From: Balanoglossus misakiensis
Taxonomy: Eukaryota > Animalia > Hemichordata
Assembly: GCA_040954595.2 (NCBI GenBank)
Contig: CM082593.2
Location: 1,064,901-1,128,900, forward strand
DNA length: 64,000 nt
Direction: 5' to 3'
The notes beneath the pieces were generated by a model. That model had not been told where the DNA came from. It ran no database searches and saw only the letters and a list, made by a program, of their open reading frames with translations. Each line of letters begins with the position of its first letter. The stretch's first letter is position 1. This document shows positions 28,045-41,438 of the stretch, piece after piece. The position numbers and the translations under genes were made by a program.

Positions 28045-29160
28045 AAACACCCAAACAAAGAGCAGTTGAAGTCTTTTCCATGTAGCAATCATGCCAGATG
28101 TTAAAGATGACCATGTTTTTTTATTCTTATGTATGTAGGTATTTCCATCACAATACTTATTGCTACATTGCTGTTTTTGTGTTTTAGTAGAATTTTTAGC
28201 AAAATTTCATTGTCCCGAAGTCAAATTTAAAGTTATTTTTTTGTTTCTCATGACTCAAGAATTTGTTGTGGGAAAGGAAATTTTTTGAAGGTACTTCTTA
28301 CATTCAGTTCTTTGAAAAAGAGCGCCAAGTAATGTATAAAACAGATGGAAGTTGTCAAGTTTTGTGTACTTCAGAGTTTTGAAAAAGAAGTGATGTTTAT
28401 TGAATTATTTCGAGGCGACAATAAAGTTTGTGTATTTTAAGTCAAATGTTGTCTGCTGTTGTCTTGAATGAATGTGGTTAGGATAGCGTTGAAGTCATAG
28501 CTAGTCATTAGCTCCAGCTGTGCGCAGTTGACCAACGACTGACTTGTCTTCGCCACTCCTTTTGTTTTTATTTAGGCTAGTATGTGAGGGCACTGTTAGT
28601 GCTGGTAAAATGTTGATCAGCATAGCAAAGTATATTATAGAGAATTGACTTTCAAAGCCCACCCCCAGTCTCCATCAATGACAACAAAACAGCTGACTTT
28701 TTATCCAGTCAAGTTTATTATAATGCATAATGGTTAGATTAACATGATCAATGATTTAAAAAGAAAGTTTCACGATGCTCTTTCCTATACATGTAGTCCG
28801 CAGGATTGAGAGATTCCCCTCCCAAGCAGAATCATTCCAAACTTAGGATCAGGGAGATCCCCCACCCTTCTCCGAATCTTGAAGGAAACTATCACAATGT
28901 CAAGATTTCTGTCTCTGCACAGGCATACATGTACTTACAACAGGGTAAAAATAGGTCATTTTTCATTCAGAAGGTACTAGTACTCGTTAACATGAAGGAG
29001 CACATGAAAGGGAAGATCTTCACACCTACTCAGACAATAGACAGGCAGTCTGAGATTGAATACAATAGAATAAAGTTCTACACCCTTATGCTAGTGTGGT
29101 TGTATGGGGGAGGGGAGGTGTATTGAATAACCACAGAAGGAATGCTCTTGAAATTCTCCA

Positions 29161-31699
29161 CTATGACTGTTGCACTGCCGCGCCCATTCTCTGAGGATCT
29201 TGCGATGGATAATGAACAGCTTGTCTTGGAGGCTGTGGTGGTTGCTGGGCGCTGTTGTCAGGGAAACCTGGTGGTCTTGGAGGTGGTGGTGGTCGTGCAT
29301 ACCCAGTCAGTGGAGGAGGTGGTCCGTGGAAACCTGTGAAGAGATGATTGCAGGAGAGTGTTAAAAGTAACCCTAACCCTAACCCCTGGTTCCCTCTCAA
29401 ATGCAATCTACATGTACTGAGTATACACATAGAGAGATAGCAATGTCATCATCTGAAATTGAATGCCATTATAGGTACCTGGTGGAGGTGGTTGCATGTT
29501 GGCGAGTGGTGGTGGTGGTATTGGTGGTGGCATCAGTGGTGGTGGTTGCTGGCTGAGATTGAAGTAATTCCGTGGGTTGTCGCTGTCGCTTCCAATCTCT
29601 CTTGGTGGTGGAGGAAGAGCTGAGAGGGAAGACAAAGCATTGGTGAAAATTGTGACTGTGAAAATGATCACACACACAGGATAGACTGTACACTGTGTAC
29701 ACTGTGTGAAAACAGTGCATCATTATAACAGACCCAGGCGAGTCTGGGTAAAACTGTTCAGGTTTCAGGCTGGCTGAGGCTTGATCGAAGCTCTACCAAC
29801 ACCCTGCCCATGGTTTGCCTTTGGTGTGTACACTCCTGAGCTGAGCACATTTTCTGTTGACAACACAAACACACATACCTCCTGGCAGTCCTGGTACAGG
29901 TTCCAATGGTACATAGTCTTTTCCCTCTGCATCCTTTCTGCCCATGATTGATTGTTGTGCCTGTGATCTGCCCCACTTGATGTTTAGACGCCTGCCTTTG
30001 ATGATCAGTTTGTTGAATGATCTCTCAGATGCCAACTCAGCTGCTTGGCGCTGTGTGAACTGCACAAATGCACACTGCTGCCGTGACACTACGTTGATGC
30101 TACGAATCTCACCAAACTGGTAAAAATGATCCCTGTAAATTAGGGCACGAAAATATTACATGTAATGTAAGTTTACGCTCATACTTTCCACACAATGGAC
30201 GTAGAAACAGATCAACCATGGGACCAAGAACTTGATAAATACCTTAGATCTTGTTCTGAAACCTTATCACCGAGTCCACCCACGTATAAAGTTGTGACTG
30301 TTCTATCCTCTGGTGCTTCAAGTTTTGGCATAGTGGCTGCCCTGCGTAGTAACTTCGACGCTACTGGATCATTGACGCCATAGAATCTATCCTTGATGTT
30401 CTGGTCTGCAAGAGGATCATCTGGATCGGTTGGCTTTTCATGTCTGAAAGGTGTTGAAAAATAAGGCCATGGTTACAACTCAACTCATATATATTCTGCA
30501 CAAATGAACACACAGAACACTAGTACACTTCAGTGTTTACTATGGCACAAATTACCTGTAAGGACACTCTTCTCCTCGTCTACACTCTCCCTTCACCCAG
30601 AAAGAACAGATGTGAGGACGATTCCGTTTATAGTATGGTGTTGTTCTGGCCAACTTCAGCAGCAAGTCGCTGGGTGACTGTGCCTTGCCCACGGCACCAA
30701 CAGCTTGTGTGCCATCCGAGTTGGCAATCTGCAAGAGGAATATGGTGCTTTGTAAGATTCATTCAACATGACATGGCACTTGTTAAACTTTAATTTCATT
30801 ACATACACATGCATGTTGCCTTCTATACATGTACATGTGTACTTACCTCTCTTTCCATATTCTGTGTATAGTATTCCTTGTTGACATCAGATTTAGGCAT
30901 GTCATCTTTTATATTCAGGGCAGCATCTCTTACTTGCAACGGCAACCCTGAAAGTGAATTCCAGTTTTGTAAGATTTCTGTGAACTTAGTCTTACAAGTG
31001 AGAAAGTTTCAAGAAAGATAAAGATTCCCTGATGACATATGTGGCCAATTAAGTTGACATTATTACCATATTCTAAGTCAAGTAAACATGTCTGACAACA
31101 GTTTTTGAGTTTACTGCAAGTCTGACACACTTCTGTTTTCTTGAATCTCATTCTTGCTCCAGGACACCATCTGAAGACTGTGAAAGGTCTGGCACAGATC
31201 TTGCATTCTTTGCCATATTTCTCTTTGGTCATTCGTACATAAGGATTGTCTCCCAAACATGTCTGACAAAGGACGGGAAATTCCTACATGAGAGAAAGAA
31301 AGGAACAAGACTGTAATGTTTCCATCTATGTAGATCACTTACAAATAAATGTACACATCTACAATGTCAAAATACATGAACACGTACGCAATTATGTGAC
31401 TACAACAGATCATAGGTACCCACTCATCAGAGATTTGAGCGTCGCAACGTACGCGCAATGTACATCTCATTGACAATGCAATTGACTACTATTGACCGCA
31501 CATGTACTGCGTGTGACGCTTTCGGTTGTGGCCATAACGTGAACAATCGAGTGGAATATAGCGCTCAGAACATGAATGTCACGATTCGCAATATATTTAT
31601 CGCTCTCCACGAACACAAAAGTTCCACATTTACGCTGATACTTACTGCGTCTTCCCAATTTTGTCGGTTGTATGTGTTTGTGCTCTTACTCGCCGCCAT
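29161..31699 (-). CDS. RBM22: Pre-mRNA-splicing factor RBM22 (Cwc2/Slt11)
   Basis: Exons 31699-31646, 31283-31067, 30947-30847, 30728-30556, 30443-30243, 30132-29879, 29619-29479, 29333-29161. [37 protein letters not shown] finger [22 protein letters not shown], Pro-rich tail ending [11 protein letters not shown]. Confidence 0.97.
29368..29394 (-). repeat. (TAACCC)3 telomere-like tract with a four-G-run motif on the RBM22 sense strand
   Basis: The minus strand reads GGG aacca GGGG tta GGG tta GGG tta, in the last RBM22 intron. Confidence 0.75.
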
Positions 31700-32171
31700 T
31701 TTGAAAACACACTACTTGTCACCTCTAACCCTACCCTCATTCGAAAGTTATTTTTGGAGGTTTGTCATGAATCCTGTAAATGGTGTAATCACTTCGGAAT
31801 TTGATATAAGATATGTTTATTATTCTCTATATCTACATTTATCTAGCAAAAGAAAGTTGTAAATGATGAATGATCGCATATATAGGTTAATTAGATTTAG
31901 TTTCGAAACGAGGACATAAATCTCGATAATTATCGCAAAATCCCGGAGTGTGGACGAGATGTTAATCAACACACACTTGAGGTCACTTCGCGTTTAGGGC
32001 CAGCGCGCAGCGCAACTGGTGCATAGTGTACAGGAAAGTGGACGGCGACAGGCAATTCGCTCCGATCTTGCATGAGAAAGCTGAAGTTCACCCGGAAAGT
32101 CGCTCCAACATTCTCAGAACCAAACGTCAATCAACAGCCTTGTTTCATTTCTGCGACGTAACGCCACGAAA
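31700..32171. promoter_or_regulatory. Bidirectional promoter RBM22/MOB1
   Basis: Divergent ATGs 472 bp apart; CpG-enriched; CCGGAA ETS-like core near 32091. Confidence 0.65.
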
Positions 32172-35100
32172 ATGAGCTTCCTTTTGTAAGTATGCGAACG
32201 CAGTTCTGAAGTGGGTTTATTTTTGGGCCAAACGGCCATCTTGGATTATTATTATGACAACATTCTTTTACCATGAATTTACTACTACAGTCAGACACTA
32301 ATTCTTAATGTGTGGAAAGGGTTTTCCAACTGATTGATGCTTTTGGTTGAAGCACTTGGTAGTTGGAACCAAAAGTATTTATAACGACAAGGTATGTGCC
32401 AATCAGGCACAGTGATCACATAATTGCCTAAGATAGGGGTCCTTATTCACAACAGTCAAATTTATTGCGAATTCTTTAAATTAATGACATTGCAGACCAC
32501 GAAATATTTGAAAACTGAAGCAGAATAACATGTTTTCTATATTTAAATCAACCACTAGTAGTTCCCTACTTTGGTGGCACACTGACTCTGACAGTCAAAT
32601 CAATGTATGTGTTCACCTCAGAGGGTCCAAGTGGTTTGCAAGAAATTAACAATGGCTGTCTGTTTCAGTTTTTGAATATGCAACATTTTATCCAACTTGA
32701 ATGGGGATATAAGCTAATTAGAAAATCAGATCTAATCATCATCTTCTGCACACATGAGCTGACATTGCACCTTGTTTGTTACATAAGATCTGATTCAGTT
32801 GTTCATAGTTAGTCATTTATTTTATAGAGTTATTAGCATAAAATTAATAATTATTAGTTCAAATATTGTGAGGATATCTTTATAGTTGCTTATCACTAAC
32901 TAAACTTGCAGATATATCTGTGTACATCACATTTAGTGATATTTGTATTATTGTAAATTATAAACACTGCCCTTCTTACAAGATAGCTTGACAATTCAGG
33001 ATTGTAGTCATGGTAGAATTAAAGTTCTGTGTGCATAAACAGATCACCTTGAAGTCAAATTTTCTTCTAGGAATGCATTGTCAGTTGTTTTACAGTACTC
33101 TGTAATTCAATGACAATATCATGGTCAACCTTTGAATGCAAGTAAAAGTTTCTTTTTCACTGACTGAGTAATTGTCCCGTCGTCTACCTGTTTTGAAGAA
33201 AGGTAGAAATCTCCGGTTGACCGTGTTATCCCAGACACAAGGTTGTTTGTCATAGTATCAGGTGTATTTGATTTACAGTGGTTAGCTAAGCCTGGGGCTC
33301 TTTTTTGTCGGTAATGACACAAGGTGTCTCAGGTTATAACAGAATTGAAACAGATCATGGGGGATCAGTTCTGAAACATGTCACACCCAACCACCTGTTT
33401 GTTGATGAAAATACTGAGGTACAAAAAGTATCATACTTTGCATCATTAAAAAAATCATTACAATATATACATCGAGATTAGTCACTGTTGGGTATTGTAC
33501 ATGTACATGGAGGGTTGACCACGTAAGCTACAGGTGGGGTCAGTGTTGCTATAGCGATCAAGTCTAGAGTTGAGTAATGGTTTATTTTAACAGCCATTAA
33601 TATTCTCATCATGAATGTTCTATAGAATATATCAATGAACATATGGTAATAGCAGTCACAAAGTAAAGTGTGTTATAGCATGAAACGTGCACCTTCTTAC
33701 ATAAACCGCAATTAAAAATGTTTTCATAATTAATTTATCCTCTCCGCAATAAGATAAATTAATGGCCATAGGTACATTTGTAATAATTAAATTAAAAACT
33801 CTCTTGCCCGGTAATGAACTTTACTCACACATTGTAGTATCAGATTCAGTGATCCCAGACAGAAAGTATTAATATTAAGAGATCAAATGTCAAAACAGTA
33901 GCTCATATTTATTTCAGAAAGGAAACAAATTCATATTTACAGAATATACAGGATGTTGGTTTGTAAATCAGTCTGGAAAATTCCTTTGTAAATCTGGTTC
34001 CATTTCCAATCTGCAAAATGATAGTATTTTCAGGATGTCTACACTCTATCGAAGGATGTAAGATTACCAATCCTTTAAAAGATAGAAAAATCAATAAAGA
34101 CAGGAAAATAATATGTTAATACATTACTCATCCACACGTGGTTGTTTTTGTGTGTTTACTTATGATGAGTTGGTTTCGACCAGTCATTGTACTGTTATGA
34201 CTATATTTGGAATAACTCAATAAAAGGTACTGTTTTTGTGAACGTACGATTTCAGACAGGACCCTTATAATAATTTTTCATTGTATCAACATTGTTCATG
34301 TACATCAAGACGCCTGGTCTTTCGTGCCATAGAAGAGTTATACATGCATGTCACCTCCCTGTTTTAATTGATCATCAATCATAAATGACATGGAATGACA
34401 CACCCAGTAAATCTACACTTCTGTGACCCTTTCTAACCCTTTCACCCCATATCCACTAGTGTGATAGTCCGGTCATCTCATTGAAATCTGTAGATAGAAT
34501 CAAAATATACGCCATTGAAAGGGTTGAACACTTGTTGAATTGAGGGATTTTCATTGACTCTCCGACAGCTTTGACGTCCTAGATTTGACATGAAAATGAT
34601 AAAAGTAGTCTATGAATGTAAGCCAGTAATATTCATGTGGATGTAGTTGTGGCCATCTTGCATGGGAATAATTAGTAGTAATGATATGCACACTGCACAT
34701 ATGTCGTTTAATTTGGAGCTGTGCAGACATTTGCTGACATAAACTGAGTGACCAAACTGTGGGTGTCTGTCTGTCTGTAGCTGGTGGTTGTCCAACCATG
34801 AAATTAGACACTGTATACTGAACTCAGCCAAGCGTCCCATGTGGTTGCTTTTCTTTGAAAAAGAAAGCGCAGGTTAAGTTGTGGGATTATTGAGTGTGCA
34901 ATGGCTATCACTCTCAATAAACACTGCATGTGCAAGAAAATCCAAATTTTTTCTGTGGTAAAGTTGAACCTTTACAGAGAGAAATGGGGGGGGGGGGGGG
35001 GGGGGGGGAAGGGTTAAGATCTTTGATGACTGCCAGGTCTTAAAAATTATTGATTTTTGTCAAGAGTCTTTGACACTCTACAGGTACACCAACCCAAATC

Positions 35101-37766
35101 TTCAATGGGCAGTTTAAATTTGTCTGACCTACATTTCTGTGTGTGTAAACACAACATTTCAGCGTTGTTCATTGTTCAGATGGATGATCTGCCGACATTG
35201 ATTGCCCATGCCTTGGTTACTTTAGTAGAGTCGACTGATAAGTGGCAGATGAAGATTGAAGGGTTTCTACACGCATCTGTTAAATCCATAAAACAGCCAT
35301 TCTGTTTTGTTTCATGTTGCAGTGGAAGTCGATCGGCAAGAACTTTCAAACCCAAGAAGAATATTCCAGAAGGTACTCATCAGTATGATCTGATGAAACA
35401 TGCAGAAGCAACGCTTGGAAGCGGGAATCTACGCCAAGCTGTTGTATTGCCAGATGGAGAGGATCTCAATGAATGGGTGGCTGTCAATAGTAAGTGACTC
35501 AACATTTATCCATGAAATAGTATACGTCTATTGACTGGCCATGGGGGGGGGGGGGGTAATAGTATGTGACTGTTGCCTGGAGCCTGGAGGGTATATGAAG
35601 CACCCATGGGGAAGGGGGTGGTATAAATGTTCAGAATTTTATGGGATAACATCCATGGTAAACCCAAATAAAAGACATGTCATTTTGTACATTAAACATA
35701 TTAACCAGATAATAAGTCCTATCTTGTTTTAAAACAAAGGTTGAAATGTTTTATCTTAAAACTGCACGTAACAAGGATTCACCACGAGTTGATCATTTGT
35801 GCAGTCTCTGATAATAATGATGGGTGTGGTAAAGTTCGTACACTCTTTGAATTAAATTAGATGTACCCACCCAGAAATAGATTGATAGTTGTTTATTTCC
35901 ACACATACAGTAGCCTTTTCTTGCATCACAAACTTTATTACAATGACAACACATAGGAATAGACTGAACATTGCAGTGTTTGGTCGTGACCATTTCATGA
36001 ACATCCTGGTACCAGACCAGAGAACATTCTTATACTAGACCATGAACATCCTAGAGTTAATCATGCTATGATTGCTCAAGGTCTCCTGGCTGTGAAAAAA
36101 AACCAAGCCTGATATTAATGGATTTCCCTGTCAACGCATGTATTGTGTAGCTGGGCTGGGCAGTTGTGTAAAGAAGGGTGTGTCTACTTTCGTAGAAAGG
36201 TTCTTTCAATTGTGTGTGCGTGTAAGTTAGAATTTCTAATGTTATGTCTGTGAACATACTACTTGACAATTTCACTTTATATTTGTGACAAAAGTATTGA
36301 TGTAGATCTGGTGGCTAAATCATGAAATCTAGCTCTTGATCTGTCATTAATATTTTGTTTTGATCTTTTACTTCCCAGCTGTAGATTTCTTCAATCAAAT
36401 CAATATGCTGTACGGGACAATAACTGAGTTTTGCACGCCTGAAACATGTCCAGTGATGTCTGCTGGGCCAAAGTAAGTCCAAATATGTCCTTCTTGTCAC
36501 ACAGTGGAGGAGATATGAATCCACCAAGTGGGCAATCCTACCCATGTACAAATTACAGTGCACAAAATATATTTTCTGTCACATTGTGTGAATAACTTCA
36601 TTCTGATTGGCTGATCCAGATACGAATACCATTGGGCAGATGGTACAACAGTGAAGAAACCAATCAAGTGCTCTGCTCCAAAATACATTGATTATCTCAT
36701 GACATGGGTGCAAGACCAGCTTGATGATGAAATGTTATTTCCTTCAAAAATAGGTAAGATGCTGTAACAGGCTGTGATTTCACTCCAGTTTTATTATAGT
36801 GTTGAGCTGTTTCTCGTTTTACTTTTGTCCAAAATGATTCTCCATACTTCCTCGTTCAACTTCTGGTTCTTGGAAGACTGTTTGACAGGCTAGATATCAC
36901 GTACGTGTAGGCTTGTCAACAACCGCCTATGCCTAAGGTCATCATTTACCTTCCATGCTCTGTGACCCAGTGTGTCAAAAATAGATCCAAACAATGGCTG
37001 CTGTAGATATGGAGGGTGGGTAGTAGAATTCAGTTCTCTGTTCCTTGCCCTCTCAAAGCCATTTGCTTGAATCCATGGAAACTTGAAAATTTGCCATATT
37101 GATGGTTTAACATTTCATGGCCAAAACAGTTTCGATAGAAATCCAATGGATGTTTGGATTGTTGTTTTAGTTTTGAAAGGGTTTTGGTGACATCAGATAT
37201 GTTGTTTGGATTTTGGAATAAATTGTTTTTCCATTGAAACTTGTCAAGGCAAATTCCACAGGGATATTATGTTCAGAGTTTGTAATTACTACACTGGCCA
37301 TTCTTTGTTTTCATGTTTGCCGTTTTTTTCTCTTCAAACAGATATCCATTTCTTGCAAAATGGAAATCAGAGATTTGTATCAAGTGTACAATTATGTAAA
37401 GCAAATTGTGAGGAACATATTTTTGCTTTGCAGTCAACAAAAGCTGCGTGATAGTATAGTACTTTGTTCTTGCGGTAGACTGGAATGACCTTGACTGTCC
37501 TCATTCCGGATACCTGTGTTCTAATTCCAGGCGTTCCCTTTCCCAAGAACTTCCTGCCAGTTGCCAAGATTATCCTAAAGAGACTGTTCCGTGTGTACGC
37601 ACACATCTACCACCAACACTTTCAAGAGGTCATCAGTCTGCAAGAAGAAGCCCACCTCAACACGTCATTCAAACATTTTGTCTTCTTCGTACAGGAGTTT
37701 AATCTGATCGACCGAAAAGAACTTGCACCACTCCAAGAACTGATCGACAGGTTAACCAACAAATAA
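32172..37766 (+). CDS. MOB1: MOB kinase activator 1 (Hippo pathway)
   Basis: Exons 32172-32185 (14 coding nt, MSFL), 35323-35489, 36379-36472, 36620-36753, 37531-37766. [53 protein letters not shown]. Confidence 0.97.
34433..34528. mobile_element. Related short TIR element
   Basis: TAACCCTTTCA ... TGAAAGGGTT ends about 95 bp apart with a diverged interior. Confidence 0.5.
34935..35016. mobile_element. Degenerate MITE copy with an expanded G23 tract
   Basis: TTTTCTGTGGTAAAGTTGAACC..AGAGAAAT(G)23AAGGGTTAA matches the 3' half of the family. Confidence 0.55.
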
Positions 37767-38247
37767 CACAACTTGTAGAGCTTTTCAAGATGTATATTGT
37801 TTTTATATAAAAGAGAGATAATTTTATAGCAACTTTTTCAGGACAGAAGAGGACAGTGGGGAAACCCACATATGGAAGAAAGCTTTTTTAAAGAAGTATT
37901 TTTCTGAGTGATGTGTGGAAGTTATGGACTATGCAGATGGTGTGGTGACTGACATTATCCTAGACAAATATGCTGTTTATCTATTCTGAAATTATTTCCC
38001 TGTGTTCACAAGGAAAAATACTTCTAAACTGGGGTTTTAAAAAAGGCAGGTTTATCATCTTTTCTGTAGGGCTATGGTTTCCTTTTTCGCTCTCCTGGAC
38101 AATCATTACTTTCATGTGTAAATATTAATATAGTTGATATTTTTGCCATATCTGCCTGTGCCATAATGTCAACTGGTCATAATGGGGAAAAAATGATTGT
38201 CTAGAAATTTAAATTCCAAAGAATATCAATATTTTTTTCAGAGTTTT

Positions 38248-39518
38248 TATTGGGGGCACAAGCGCCCTCAGGCGGCTTGTGCCCCCATTGTTATTGTTGG
38301 AATTTTTCTTTATTATTATTATTATTCTTCTTCTTCTTCTTCTTCCGAGAAATTCGGCCAGGTAGATCTGGAAAACCGCAGCACCTAGGGGGCTGAAACT
38401 TGGTAGGGTGATAGGGGCCAATGAGTAGACGTGCAGTGGCCCGTGAATATTTAATTAGTCATGTGACCTGGCGGCCATATTGGATTTCCTGAAAACCGTT
38501 AAATGAGTCCTTCTCAAAAACTACAAGGCCGATCGAGTTCAAATTTGGTGTGCAGGTAGCCTACCTTCTGTCCATCATTTTACCCCATTGAAATCATGAC
38601 GTCACACATAAAGTTTTTTTGCTACAATTGTTTTTCTTAAAAAATACTTAAAACTTTAAAAATCTTCTTCTCCAGAACCAGCGGTTACCGATTCTCGGGA
38701 TTTGGGATATGTGGTCACCTAACCTATGTCTATCAAGTTTGCGAAGCGCACTGTGATTGGTCGATCATTATGGCGGCCATGTTGGATTTTCGGAAAACCA
38801 TTGAAAAGTGATAATTCCGTTTTGTAGCCAAAATGTTGACAGCACGGAAATTCTTTTTTTGGATATGAGTCATCATATGACCGGAAGTTGTCACAATTTT
38901 TCGTGGCAATTTTCACATGACCTTTGACCCAGTTTTAAAAGAACTAATTATATATGCATATTCCCCATACCTCCTCTTGTAAAAGCACCACATTCATGAA
39001 TTTTGTGGACATGGGTACCAATGCTGCCAGGACATGACACAAATATTTTGGTAATTTTGGCAATGACCTTTGACCTATTTCTGCATATCTAATTCCATGC
39101 TACCCAATAGGGCTAGAGGTCTGGTATTGGTTGGACATGGCCCAGTCTGGGGTCAAAATTTTATGCCCTAATTTTGGGTGACCTTGGGTGACCTTTGATC
39201 TACTTTCCCATATCTCAGCATCCAGAGCAGTTAGAGCCCTGGCTGTTATGGGTATTGAGCACATAATGGAGTCTTACACAAGACCTCATTAATTATGTGC
39301 ATACCTAATTGCAGGCAAACCAATAGGGCTAGGGGTCTGGTTTTTTGTTGGATCTAGACTAGTATGGGGTCCAATTTTTTAGCCCAAATTTGGGGTGACC
39401 TCAGGTGACCTTTGACCTACTTTCCCATGTCTCGGTATCCCCAGCAGATACAGCCGTGGAATTTGCTGGTCACCATGGGAACCGCTTGTGCCCCCCCAAC
39501 GCTGCTTGCAGCTTTAAT
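38248..39518 (+). mobile_element. Non-autonomous Helentron-associated (HINE/DINE-1-like) element
   Basis: Sub-terminal IR GGGGGCACAAGCG (38252-38264) with a nearby inverted copy (38275-38287); (TTA)n(TTC)n microsatellite; internal repeats (GGCGGCCAT.TTGGATTT at ~38470 and ~38772, GACCTTTGA several times); 3' sub-TIR CGCTTGTGCCCCC (39483-39495); hairpin GCTGCttGCAGC (39501-39512); T-rich flanks; no ORF. Confidence 0.8.
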
Positions 39519-41438
39519 TTGTTTTGTTGTTGGATGGCAGAAATTTGTCCCCACCTGTTGCTTCAGGAAACACTGCCTGAATTTCATGTGATAGTACTTT
39601 AATTGGTATCTGTATCAAAGGGGTAGGCCACTTGGTATAAAGGTCTTTAATTAATCCAGTGAGACTTAAACATGACAGACTCACCAGTCGTCGAGATGGA
39701 GAGCGCCCCCTAGAGTATAGTCGTAGTTGGTTGGTTGAATAGCGCCTTCTATAAGAGGCTCATCTCTGAAAAGAATGTTATACCTGTTAGACCCAACCAT
39801 ACACAAACATGCACTGCACCAAATGTTTGGGAAAAATTGCAATGAATTCCGTTTGTACCTACAAGCAGAAATGTCCGTAAACATGTAAATTCAATCTTTC
39901 GAATGTAGGGACATTTGTTTCCGTTTGTGTTTGTACTGTCTGTGTTATTTAATAAGGATGTTATTTCTGTTAGCTTTATTTGCATATTGATTGCTCTCTA
40001 TGCCTTCTTGTGAGTTATTTTAAATTTTCGTTCTATTGAAATTGGGAGTTTATAGCTGATGTTTTATTTACCTGGCATTTGAGATTTATGTAAGTTTTAG
40101 ACAAATATATGCATTATGTCTTTAGACTGTAGAAGTGCTTCCAAGGGAGTTGTTTTGGAAAATTTGAAATTTATTATTTTGGGGTTAATTTTGAAAGGGG
40201 TGGAGATGGTGTGTGTGGATGGAAGATAAAGTCATGTTTGTTCCCTGAAGAATATTGTAACCTGGAAAAAATGTCAATTATGACATTGTTGATATTGTTG
40301 TTGTTTATTATGTGTTAGCGTGAGTACATAGTCATGATTGAAAATTGAAAACTTTAGACACTATGTCAAACAATTACCAAAAATCATCATAGAAATAATT
40401 CTAAAGACATCAGCAGACAGTCCTATATGTCTTTGGTTATCCCAATTTGTCCATCTCACTTCATCAATTGGGTTTTTTCAACCCTGCCAATCATGTATGT
40501 GTTCTTTATTATTTTCAACTGTTGTGTTAAAATTACATTGCGCATTTTCACAGTAAGTTACAAGCAGCTTTTGACTTCTTTTTGTTTCTCAGTTATTCAC
40601 CAGGTGGATAAAATGATTATGATATTGGCATGTCTAAGTGTTCTAATGCCCATGTGGGGGTGCACTTTTCTTGTGGCCCACCAAGTGAAATTCTGTGATT
40701 GGCTAGCTGTCAAGTATATATAGTATTCTGGAAAAGTCCTGGAATTGTCCATAGTTTCAAACATATGAACCCTGGGCATGTTTATGTTAGATGCATGACT
40801 TAGTCTCTTCAGGAAAAAATTAGTTCAGGTTGTACACTAACACTACACACTATTTTGCTTGTACATGTGTGACAAACCTTTCAAAACCCTGCTGATTTCC
40901 TTGATCAACTTACAAAAAAGAGCACCTTGTTTTTAATCATAAAGTACTATATGTATCTTCTGAAATGATTCTGAAAATGAACTTTGATGATTTCTCTGAA
41001 CTTCAGACATTGGCAAGACCTTGTCAATTAGGATAAGTTGAGCTTCCTATCATTAGAATATTTACAGTAAATATGCCATTGTCTTTGTCTCATTCTATCA
41101 TGTTTGCGTCTGCTGTTGGAAATTTTGTTCTGGGGCTCCCATGTTCAAGAGGAACTTCTATTTGTTGGCTCCCATGTGCCTGGGTCAGATAATTTCCTAA
41201 GACAAAAATGAATGGAATTCGTCTGGCATTAAATGAATTGTACGCTTTACAAGAAAAACTTTTTTTTGGCATTGTTTAAATATTAGTGAGGAAATAACTA
41301 GCGGTAGATTGCATCTGAAATGGTGCAAGTAGTATGCTGTAGCCAAATTAAGAAGCAATAAATATATTGAATAAAACATTAATATTCACTCATTCGATGT
41401 CTTTCAAAGTCATGCCATTGAAGCAATCTCAATATGTT

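Noticed and set aside
27557-28114. 185-aa His-rich minus-strand ORF
   Set aside because: Antisense of Gly-codon (GGT) runs in hnRNP exons, and it crosses introns.
34986-35008. Long G homopolymers (also 35543-35556 and ~52816-52828)
   Set aside because: Simple slippage tracts with unreliable lengths; the first lies within a MITE.
35995-36056. Short ~22-nt imperfect tandem (CATGAACATCCT..AGAC)
   Set aside because: Only about three degenerate units with no unique spacers; an ordinary minisatellite, not CRISPR-like.
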